From assembly GCA_021372315.1 (NCBI GenBank), contig JAJFUT010000057.1, forward strand, positions 1-56,329: a stretch of DNA of 56,329 bases, in the 5' to 3' direction. The notes under the pieces are model-generated. The model saw only the letters and a program-made list of their open reading frames with translations, had not been told where the DNA came from and ran no database searches. This DNA is from Methanobacteriota archaeon (lineage in GTDB: Archaea; Thermoplasmatota; Thermoplasmata; Methanomassiliicoccales; UBA472). Positions 1 to 7,972 of this stretch are shown here, piece after piece (the first letter of the stretch is position 1; each line of letters starts with the position of its first letter). The position numbers were made by a program, and so were the translations under genes.

Positions 1-1
1 A

Positions 2-202
2 GTGAGGATGAGGGACGTGCCTGGCGGGCTCAGGGAGATGGCGGACATCCTTGGCGCGGCAAAGATCAACATCGATTACTCGTACGCCTTCAGCGGGAAG
101 CACGGGGCAGTGCTCGTTCTAAGGGTCGACAAGCCCCAGGAGACGGTCGAGAAGTTCCTGACGAGAGGGATAGAACCGCTGCGCGTAAAGGACTTGGAGT
201 GA
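2..202 (+). CDS. ACT-domain protein, C-terminal fragment (5-prime end outside window)
   Basis: ORF is open to the window edge. The sequence INIDYSYAF...AVLVLRVD is typical of small ACT regulatory domains. Confidence 0.45.
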   Translation: MRMRDVPGGLREMADILGAAKINIDYSYAFSGKHGAVLVLRVDKPQETVEKFLTRGIEPLRVKDLE

Positions 203-476
203 TCGTCCAACACGACACGCTATTTCGACGGGATTTTAACATCCATATTTTTCCAACTTTTCGATCGTGACGCATATGAACAAGATCTTCAATGCTGGCC
301 CTGATCGATCCCATATTTGCGTTCTTGTTTTTTCCGATACATCCATCGTTAAATGACCTGCGCTTTTTCTGATTCACCGCTCGTTTCACGGGCTTGCCCT
401 TTTATTGTCAAAGTATCGACGTAGAACGACCTAGTTCTCGCAACCTCTGAGCTTTCCTAGGAAGGAGAAAGAGAAC

Positions 477-959
477 ATGGATTTCAAGAACGGCAAGATG
501 TATCTTATCGAGGAGAGGGTCCCCCTGAGAACGCACCAGTTTCTCAGAAAGGAGCTTGCGAAAGGCAGGCCTACATTGTACATTTCAAAGCATTCACCGT
601 CGCAGCTGATGAACCAGTTCACGGACCTGAACGAGCCCCTGACGGCGAAATGGCTGTCCCCAAGGCCTAACGACGAGTGCATCCCCCCTATGAACCTGAA
701 GGTATTCGAGGACTATCTCCATGGATTCCTGTCGGAGAACGAGAACGGGATCGTCGTCCTGAACGGCCTCGATGTGCTGGAGATGTGGAACGGGTTCAAG
801 CCTGTTCTGAACGTGATGAAGAACGCCCAGAGGAAGATCGGTGAGAACTGCGGGAGCAACTTCATCATCAGCCTTGACCCGAAGGACCATTACGACCAGC
901 AGCTGAAGATGTTGGAGAAGATCTCGGATGAGGTCATCGTGAGCAACGTCGAGGCGTGA
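477..959 (+). CDS. DUF835 domain protein (stand-alone)
   Basis: 160 aa. DUF835-like pattern: GKMYLIEE, LYISKHSP, KWLS..IPP.NL, VVLNGLDVLEMWNGF, ISLDP. SD-like GGAAGGAG about 9 nt upstream of the ATG. Confidence 0.7.
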   Translation: MDFKNGKMYLIEERVPLRTHQFLRKELAKGRPTLYISKHSPSQLMNQFTDLNEPLTAKWLSPRPNDECIPPMNLKVFEDYLHGFLSENENGIVVLNGLDVLEMWNGFKPVLNVMKNAQRKIGENCGSNFIISLDPKDHYDQQLKMLEKISDEVIVSNVEA

Positions 960-1019
960 GATCATCTGTGCTGTAATGGCACAGATAATAATATTGCCAA
1001 TGACGCTCATTCGTTTTCC

Positions 1020-1850
1020 ATGCGTCCGGCCATCGCCTCTATAATCAGTGGCATCAAAGAGGATTCAGTCTCTGGTTGCTCCGAGATGACCTCGAGACTC
1101 CTTCAGAACCTGCGCTCCTTGCTGAACACCAATAGATCGATGACCAGGGTCGAGTGGCAGGAGTTCGCAAAAGAGCTTCGGGTCGCCAAGCCTAGCATGG
1201 CCCCTTTCCAGAACATCGCCGACATTGTGGAGGCAACGGCCATCGACCCGACATACAACAACTGGAACGATGCCATGGCCGAGCACGTCGATAGGACGCT
1301 GCAGCAAGAGATGAACGCTGCCAGCGAGATAGCCGATAAGTTCCTCGGGCTCGTTCAGGGGGGGAAGGTCCTGACGATGTCCTTCTCAGGGACCGTCATG
1401 TCGACGATACTGAGGCAGCTGTCGGAGAACGATATCGTCGTATACGTCACGGAATCCCTGCCAATGGGCGAGGGAAGGACGACGGTGAAGAGGCTGGCCT
1501 CGCACAAGGTGCACGTCAAGATGATACCGGACAGCATGGTCGGCTCCGTGATCGATGAGGTCGATTATTGCCTGGTGGGCGCGGACGCCATAACCAGGAA
1601 AGGCGTCGTGAACAAGGTCGGGACCAGAGCCATGGCAGCGACGTGCATGACGGCTGGCAAGACGTTCTATGTCGTAGCCAGCGAGATCAAGATCGCTGAC
1701 CTTGAGGACATTGACACGGGAAGGACGTCTAAGGTCCATGATGGGTTCACGGACATCGCCCAGTCCTTTGAACTGACGCCTCACGAGCTAGTTGATACGA
1801 TCGTTACGAACAAGAGGGTGCTGTCCCCGAACTCGCTGGTTTGGAAATGA
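1020..1850 (+). CDS. eIF-2B alpha/beta/delta-like family protein (sugar-phosphate isomerase-like)
   Basis: 276 aa. C-terminal GADAITRKGVVNKVGT and FYVVASEIKI resemble the IF-2B family core. Confidence 0.65.
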   Translation: MRPAIASIISGIKEDSVSGCSEMTSRLLQNLRSLLNTNRSMTRVEWQEFAKELRVAKPSMAPFQNIADIVEATAIDPTYNNWNDAMAEHVDRTLQQEMNAASEIADKFLGLVQGGKVLTMSFSGTVMSTILRQLSENDIVVYVTESLPMGEGRTTVKRLASHKVHVKMIPDSMVGSVIDEVDYCLVGADAITRKGVVNKVGTRAMAATCMTAGKTFYVVASEIKIADLEDIDTGRTSKVHDGFTDIAQSFELTPHELVDTIVTNKRVLSPNSLVWK

Positions 1851-1893
1851 TCCAATGGGAAGATAGATTTTCCTTCAATGAGAATCATCGATC

Positions 1894-2472
1894 ATGATGG
1901 TCATCTCGATCGCCCGAAGCGGGGACATGGCGAGCGTCTTCGTTTCCGGATGCCCACTGAAATGTGGTTACTGCTTGTACAACAGGCAGGACCGAAAGGA
2001 GATGACCCTTGAGAAGGTCGTCACAGAAATGACCGCACAGACCGTGAAGAGGGCGTTCATCGGAGGGATGGACCCCGCCATGCAGGGCAAGGAGGTCAAG
2101 GCCTTGGCGAAGGTCCTGACCCAGAGAGGCGTCACGGTCTCATTGAAGACGTCCGGTAACGACCCGAACTTCCTGAAGGAAGTTCTCAACTATGCGGACA
2201 GGTTCGTTTTCGAGATAAAGGCCCCCTTGGACGACAGGGAGACATGGTCCAAGCTCATCGGGAAGGACCTGGAGTGGACGACCGCCTACCTGGAGAATCT
2301 GAAAACGTCGCTTGGGATCGTCAAGGGGAAGTACGTCAAGATATCCATGAGGGTCATCCCTGGCTTCATCGACCAGGCCAAGATCGAGAGGATCGGAGAG
2401 CAGATGCGGCCTTGCGCCAAGGAGTCGACGATCATCCAGTTCTTAGGGAACATGTTGAACGACTATCCCTAG
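1894..2472 (+). CDS. radical SAM protein (activating-enzyme-like)
   Basis: 192 aa. N-terminal CPLKCGYC is a CX3CX2C radical SAM cluster motif. Small size resembles activase-type members. Confidence 0.7.
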   Translation: MMVISIARSGDMASVFVSGCPLKCGYCLYNRQDRKEMTLEKVVTEMTAQTVKRAFIGGMDPAMQGKEVKALAKVLTQRGVTVSLKTSGNDPNFLKEVLNYADRFVFEIKAPLDDRETWSKLIGKDLEWTTAYLENLKTSLGIVKGKYVKISMRVIPGFIDQAKIERIGEQMRPCAKESTIIQFLGNMLNDYP

Positions 2473-2584
2473 AACGGGATAACTGAGCCTTCGCCGTCGG
2501 AGGCCGATGTAGAAATGGCCGGAAAGCTAATGGCGGCCTGCATCCCGCTCGTAAGGATATCAGGCTCCGGATTCGACAGGACCG

Positions 2585-2815
2585 TCACTCGGTAGGCGCC
2601 TCGACCTTATCGGCAAAAGCTGACGACCTGCCGACCTTCGACACCCTGACGTCGATCTCCTCGCCGACCTTCGCACCCTTTACGAATATTATCAGTCCCT
2701 CGATACGGGCGATGCCGTCCCCTTGCTTACCGACATCGACGATCTTGACCTTCAATACCTGGCCTTCCGCGACGGGGCTCTTGCCCATCGGTTCCCTTGT
2801 GTCCTTGAACTTCAT
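2585..2815 (-). CDS. TRAM domain protein
   Basis: 76 aa. GQVLKVKIVDVGKQGDGIARIEGLIIFVKGAKVGEEIDVRV is a typical TRAM beta-barrel sequence. Confidence 0.8.
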   Translation of the reverse strand: MKFKDTREPMGKSPVAEGQVLKVKIVDVGKQGDGIARIEGLIIFVKGAKVGEEIDVRVSKVGRSSAFADKVEAPTE

Positions 2816-2821
2816 TCCGCC

Positions 2822-3088
2822 TCACCTCACCATCGTCAGAAATTGCTTAACCCTCACATCGAAACCTTCCGTGATGATGTCCAACTCCCCCGTGGTCATC
2901 ACCCTGACCTGCACGGTGACGAAACCCTCCTCGTTCTCCATGCATATCCTGCTTTCAGACCTGTCAGTTACCTTCAGGCCAGCCTTCGAAAAGTGCTTCT
3001 CCGCCTTCTCGATCACTTCGGCTGCATCGGACTCGATCTTCTTTGCATATCTCATGTCCAGCTCAACTATGTCATTGGGCAGGAGCAT
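2822..3088 (-). CDS. hypothetical small protein, co-transcribed with the TRAM gene
   Basis: The ORF track gives 2822..3172. I prefer the internal Met (MLLPNDIVELD) at 3088, because the longer form would overlap the divergent nrdJ start. Its stop lies 6 nt before the TRAM ATG, with GAGGCGGA in between. No family recognised. Confidence 0.4.
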   Translation of the reverse strand: MLLPNDIVELDMRYAKKIESDAAEVIEKAEKHFSKAGLKVTDRSESRICMENEEGFVTVQVRVMTTGELDIITEGFDVRVKQFLTMVR

Positions 3089-3138
3089 GATAATCGTTTT
3101 CTCTTCGAGAGGGCAATTTTCATTACCTTGTCGTTCGC

Positions 3139-4890
3139 ATGTCATTGACGATGCCTTCCCTCTCCCCTTCACTGTCGCAGAACGCCATGGTTGTCCTCAA
3201 GCGGAGATATCTCAGGAAGGATGGAGATGGCGCCGTCATCGAGACCCCTGAGATGCTCCTCGAAAGGGTCTCGGAGAACGTGGCTTCGGTCGATCATCTC
3301 TACGATGACAGGGACGCCGAGCTAGAGATTAAGGAGTTCCTGGAGGTCATGAAGGAGCTTAGGTTCCTCCCGAACTCCCCGACCTTGATGAACGCAGGCA
3401 CCGCGCTGCAACAGCTGGCGGCATGTTTCGTCGTTCCAGTTGAGGACAGCATAGAAGGCATATTCGATGCGCTCAAATGGGCGGCGATCATCCATCAGAG
3501 CGGCGGAGGGACAGGGTTCTCGTTCTCGAGGCTAAGGCCGAGCGGCGACGTGGTGGCGTCGACATCGGGCCAGGCTTCCGGTCCTCTCTCGTTCATGAAG
3601 GTGTTCGACGTGGCTACCGAGGCGGTAAGGCAGGGAGGCCGCAGGAGAGGGGCGTCCATGGGCGTTCTGAGGGTCGACCACCCGGACATCTTGCAGTTCA
3701 TACATTCGAAGGACGACAAGCAGACGATGTCGAACTTCAATATCTCGGTCGGGATCACGGACGAGTTCATGGCGGCTGTTGAAAGCGACGATACCGTCGT
3801 GCTCAGGAACCCTCGTGGCGGCGCAAAGGCCGGAGAGATGAGGGCGAGGCGACTCCTCGAGGAGATATGCGACTCTGCTTGGAGGACCGGAGATCCTGGG
3901 GTCCTTTTCCTAGACACTATCGAACGCGCGAACCCGACACCGAACATGGGGACGATCGAATCGACCAATCCCTGCGGCGAGGTGCCATTGCTTCCTTTCG
4001 AGGCGTGCAACCTCGGATCCATAAACCTCGTGAAGATGTACGACGATGTCAGTGGAGGGATCGATTGGGAGCTTCTCGGCGATACCATCTCGACGGCGAT
4101 CAGGTTCCTCGACAACGTCATAGATGCGAGCAAGTACCCCCTCCCTCAGATCGATGAGGTCGTCAAGGGAAACAGGAAGGTGGGGCTCGGTGTCATGGGT
4201 TTCGCCGACCTGCTACTGCTCAATAACGAACGCTACGGTTCACGGGAGAGCTTAGACACGGCCTCAAGGCTTATGAGCTTCATGATGGACAGGGCGAAGG
4301 AGGAGTCCGCATCGATCGGCTCATCGAGGGGGTCCTTCCCGAACATCGACGGGAGCAATCTAACTGTACCGATGAGGAACGCGACCGTTCTGTCGATCGC
4401 CCCTACTGGCACGATAAGCATGATCGCAGGCTGTTCGAGCGGCATCGAGCCGAACTTCGCGTTCTACATGGCGAGGCACGTCCTCGACGGCGAGGAGCTC
4501 GTCGACATCAATCATGTGTTCCTAGATAGGATCAAAGCTGAAGGACTGGACATCGATCTCGTGCTGAAAGAGATGTCGAAGGGCACATCTTTGTCCGAGG
4601 TCCCGGGAATCCCTGATGCGATGCTCGAGGTGTTCGTTACCGCCCACGACATCGATCCGCTGCTCCAGGTGGAGATGCAGGCGCGGTTCCAGGAACACGT
4701 CGACAACGGCGTCTCGAAGACGATCAACCTTCCCCGAAGCTCGACGCCAGATGACGTGGCCGATGTGTTCACCGATGCCTATAGGAGAGGATGTAAGGGG
4801 ATCACTGTCTACCGCGAAGGCTCGAAGCCAGGGCAGGTGCTGACCGCTGTGGACGGGAAGGTCGGATGCTTCATGTGCGGCAAGATCTGA
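3139..4890 (+). CDS. nrdJ: adenosylcobalamin-dependent (class II) ribonucleotide reductase
   Basis: 583 aa. N-terminal LSQNAMVVLKRRYL, active-site TNPCGEVPL and ACNLGSINL, C-terminal GCKGITVYREGS and a CxxC tail. Confidence 0.9.
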   Translation: MSLTMPSLSPSLSQNAMVVLKRRYLRKDGDGAVIETPEMLLERVSENVASVDHLYDDRDAELEIKEFLEVMKELRFLPNSPTLMNAGTALQQLAACFVVPVEDSIEGIFDALKWAAIIHQSGGGTGFSFSRLRPSGDVVASTSGQASGPLSFMKVFDVATEAVRQGGRRRGASMGVLRVDHPDILQFIHSKDDKQTMSNFNISVGITDEFMAAVESDDTVVLRNPRGGAKAGEMRARRLLEEICDSAWRTGDPGVLFLDTIERANPTPNMGTIESTNPCGEVPLLPFEACNLGSINLVKMYDDVSGGIDWELLGDTISTAIRFLDNVIDASKYPLPQIDEVVKGNRKVGLGVMGFADLLLLNNERYGSRESLDTASRLMSFMMDRAKEESASIGSSRGSFPNIDGSNLTVPMRNATVLSIAPTGTISMIAGCSSGIEPNFAFYMARHVLDGEELVDINHVFLDRIKAEGLDIDLVLKEMSKGTSLSEVPGIPDAMLEVFVTAHDIDPLLQVEMQARFQEHVDNGVSKTINLPRSSTPDDVADVFTDAYRRGCKGITVYREGSKPGQVLTAVDGKVGCFMCGKI

Positions 4891-4892
4891 AA

Positions 4893-5150
4893 CGCCGATC
4901 GACCTCCCTGTTCTCAGATGCCGCTCGCTCGAAGCTGAGGACCTCTGGCCCGCCTCCGGGTCATGTGTCACGATGACGAACGTCTCTTGTTCTCCTCGTT
5001 GAGCTTCCTCGTTAGGGCGACGGCACTATCCGCCATCCTCTTGTCGAGATCTCCTGTAGGCTCGTCAGCACATACGAGGGCAGGCCCTTTGGCCAACGCC
5101 CTGGAGATGGTGACATCTTTTCTTGACGTTCTCGCATCTGATGTCGATCA
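4893..5150 (-). pseudogene. ABC transporter ATPase remnant (C-terminal third only, frameshifted)
   Basis: Minus-strand translation reads SRKDVTISRALAKGPALVCADEPTGDLDKRMADSAVALTRKLNEENK. After a frameshift it reads TFVIVTHDPEA, i.e. signature-distal region, Walker B and H-loop. No Walker A part lies upstream, where the sequence is AT-rich. Confidence 0.5.
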
Positions 5151-5323
5151 TATGCTCAACCTACCGTTCGTTGCTAAAATGGATGATGTGTATTTGCAAG
5201 ATCAAGATTGATTTAATATCACGATAAATGTCGATATCGTTCCATCGCCAGTTTATCTATTATGTACAATAATATACATTAAAGTTCAAAAATGTTATAT
5301 ATCGATTCGCCAATCCCCATTCC

Positions 5324-6643
5324 ATGAGTCTCCAATATGATCAGATCAGGGTCGAGCTTGGGGTAGATGAGATCCCGAGGCATTGGTATAACATCGCTTC
5401 CGATCTGCCGGTACCTATACCTCCACCTCTTGACCCGAAGACGAACAAGCCCGCCGAGGCCAAATCCCTTGAGGCGATATTCCCCCGTGCTGCCATCAGG
5501 CAGGAGATGTCCACTGACAAGTACATCGACATACCAGAGGAGGTTCGCGATGCCTATCTCCTCCTGGGCAGGCCATCCCCATTGCAGAGGGCCGTCAGGC
5601 TCGAGAAGGCGCTGAAGACCCCCGCGAAGATATTCTACAAGCGCGAGGACATGTCCCCCTGCGGCAGCCATAAGCCGAACTCGGCAATACCCCAGGCATA
5701 TTATAACATGAAGGAAGGCGTCGAGAACCTGACGACCGAGACCGGCGCGGGACAATGGGGCGCGTCCCTCGCGATGGCCTGCGCGTTCTTCGATATGAAG
5801 TGCACCGTGTTCATGGTCAAGGCCAGCTACGAGCAGAAGCCATACAGGCGTCACATAATGGAGACGTACGGTGCGAAGGTCTTCGCCTCCCCGAGCTTGG
5901 AGACAGAGTTCGGAAAGGCGATGCGCGAGAAGGACCCGAACACCTCTGGTTCCTTGGGAATGGCGATATCCGAGGCCATCGAAGTATGCGTCAGGTCCAA
6001 GAACACCAAGTATTCGCTGGGTTCTGTCCTTAACCACGTCATGCTCCACCAGACCGTCATAGGTCAGGAGACGAAGGCGCAGCTGGAGAAGATCGATGTC
6101 ACACCCGATCACATGGTCGCATGCGTCGGTGGGGGAAGCAACTTCGCTGGATTCACGTTCCCGATGATCGGTGACAAGATAAAGAAGAAGAACGACATCG
6201 ATTTCGTCGCGGTCGAACCGAGGTCCGTACCGTCGATAACCAAGGGCACCTACGAGTACGATTTCGGAGACACGGCTGGAATGACCCCTTTGCTGAAGAT
6301 GTACACCCTAGGTCACGAGTTCGTGCCTTCGGCGATCCACGCCGGTGGGCTGAGATACCACGGAATGGCACCAGCGGTCAGCTCCGTAGTGGACCAGGGA
6401 TATGCAAGGGCCGTCTCTTACGAACAGACAGAGGTCTACGAGGCCGCGATGATGTTCTCCAAGACGGAAGGCATCATCCCAGCACCTGAGAGCAGCCATG
6501 CGATCAAGGCGACCATCGACCTCGCGCTCGAAGCCAAGAAGAAGAACGAGGAGAAGGTCATCGTCTTCAACCTGTCCGGCCACGGTCTTCTAGACATGAC
6601 TGGATATGCCAGCTATATAGCTGGAAACATGAACCATTTCTGA
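5324..6643 (+). CDS. trpB: TrpB-like PLP-dependent enzyme (tryptophan synthase beta, TrpB2 type)
   Basis: 439 aa. Extended N-terminus IPRHWYNI..DLP, PLP lysine context GSHKPNS, and GGGSNFAG. There is no trpA neighbour. Confidence 0.88.
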   Translation: MSLQYDQIRVELGVDEIPRHWYNIASDLPVPIPPPLDPKTNKPAEAKSLEAIFPRAAIRQEMSTDKYIDIPEEVRDAYLLLGRPSPLQRAVRLEKALKTPAKIFYKREDMSPCGSHKPNSAIPQAYYNMKEGVENLTTETGAGQWGASLAMACAFFDMKCTVFMVKASYEQKPYRRHIMETYGAKVFASPSLETEFGKAMREKDPNTSGSLGMAISEAIEVCVRSKNTKYSLGSVLNHVMLHQTVIGQETKAQLEKIDVTPDHMVACVGGGSNFAGFTFPMIGDKIKKKNDIDFVAVEPRSVPSITKGTYEYDFGDTAGMTPLLKMYTLGHEFVPSAIHAGGLRYHGMAPAVSSVVDQGYARAVSYEQTEVYEAAMMFSKTEGIIPAPESSHAIKATIDLALEAKKKNEEKVIVFNLSGHGLLDMTGYASYIAGNMNHF

Positions 6644-6652
6644 AAGATCTTA

Positions 6653-6686
6653 CGGGGTCATTATGCCCCGAATTACATCTTTTTTC
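6653..6686 (+). terminator. hairpin plus T-run after trpB2
   Basis: CGGGG(6653-6657)/CCCCG(6666-6670) stem followed by a T-run at 6680-6686. Confidence 0.4.
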
Positions 6687-6849
6687 ATTTTGCTCATAAA
6701 CTTGTAATGAAGTTGGAAATATGACGAGTATTTACAGATTTTTATGTATTAACATCGTTGAATATTAAAACTCGGCGTAGATGTGAAATGTATTATATCT
6801 CATACAATATTATAAGATTTGAAATCTTTTTGAAAATGGGAGGTAAAAA

Positions 6850-7377
6850 GTGGCAGCTGATGCTTGCTCGAGGAGCAGTTCGAGAATTTCCAACGTTACA
6901 GTGCCACTTGAAAAGGGGTCCCTGACGCTGGATTATGGAATGACTTACATAATCACTCACGAGAGCATGGAGGTCGCCATGGAGATCATCACCAAGCTTT
7001 CGACGATGGGAGAGGATATGATCTATGTTTCTAGGATGCATCCCTGCCAGGTCCTCGATAGGTGGCCCTTCGGCAATATGAAGAACTACTGGCTGACGCA
7101 AAGGGCCGGCCCCGGCAACGTTTCGCCGGACCAGCCGTCAGCTGTGAAAGGTGTGATAGAATCGTTTCTAAGAAGTAAAAATGGCGCCGTCGCCATCCTT
7201 GATGGGTTCGAGCACCTCTCCGTTTACAACGACTTCCACGTCCTGAACGTCATGTTCGAAGAGTTGAACGATGTTGTCATGGAGACGCGGTCAATCCTTT
7301 TGATGCCGATCGACCCGAGATCTCTAGATGAGCGTTCGATTGCGAAACTGAGGCGTTTTGCTGAGTTAGTTCTTTGA
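6850..7377 (+). CDS. DUF835 domain protein (stand-alone)
   Basis: 175 aa. GTG start with GGAGGT 6 nt upstream. Contains YVSRMHP, NYWLT, AILDGFEHLSVYNDF and LLMPIDPRSL. Confidence 0.7.
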   Translation: MAADACSRSSSRISNVTVPLEKGSLTLDYGMTYIITHESMEVAMEIITKLSTMGEDMIYVSRMHPCQVLDRWPFGNMKNYWLTQRAGPGNVSPDQPSAVKGVIESFLRSKNGAVAILDGFEHLSVYNDFHVLNVMFEELNDVVMETRSILLMPIDPRSLDERSIAKLRRFAELVL

Positions 7378-7846
7378 CAATTTCAGACGCCTCGATCCTC
7401 GGGAACATCGACCATATCCTCTCCAGGTCCTTCTGTTCGAAGGCCAGGGGATCGATGCTGACATAGAGCAATCCGCCGCAGGCCTTTAAAATGTTGCCGA
7501 TCTCGTCCAGGCATGATAGGACCTTCTTCATATCGTTCCATAGCAGAAGGTATTCCAATCCATCGAGGAAAACGATCGTCCTCTTGCCCTTCGAATCCTT
7601 TTTTACCGACTTGACGATGTGAGACAGGCTCTTCGGGGAGACCACGTCGTCACCTTTGTTCCCTGTCAGCCAGTAGAACTTCGGTCCTGTCAAGGAAAAT
7701 TTTTCTGCCACGTATTCGGGATGAAGCCTCGATATGCAAATGCTGGACACGCCGTCCGAGATCATGTCCCCGAAAGCCTTGAATCCGAGCCTAGGGTAAC
7801 CCTCGACCATCATCACGACGTTCCTATCAGTGTAATCTGTTCTCAT
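7277..7846 (-). CDS. DUF835 domain protein (stand-alone)
   Basis: 189 aa. Contains CISRLHPEYV, FYWLT, VFLDGLEYLLLWNDM and LYVSIDPLAF. A low-complexity C-terminal tail overlaps the convergent gene by 101 nt. Confidence 0.75.
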   Translation of the reverse strand: MRTDYTDRNVVMMVEGYPRLGFKAFGDMISDGVSSICISRLHPEYVAEKFSLTGPKFYWLTGNKGDDVVSPKSLSHIVKSVKKDSKGKRTIVFLDGLEYLLLWNDMKKVLSCLDEIGNILKACGGLLYVSIDPLAFEQKDLERIWSMFPRIEASEIVKELTQQNASVSQSNAHLEISGRSASKGLTASP

Positions 7847-7972
7847 TTGGACACCTTTCCCATTTTATACGTTTTGCATTTTTCACTATATAAATCAGGA
7901 CTGAGCATGCTCTTTTTCGGCACCAATCTACTTTTCAACAATGATTCTTCACATGGCAACAATTTTTAGCTA

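Noticed and set aside
4963-5211. 82-aa plus-strand ORF after nrdJ
   Set aside because: Its VGSSAHTRAGPLANALE stretch is the characteristic antisense translation of an ABC ATPase Walker B/signature region. The region is reinterpreted as a minus-strand pseudogene.
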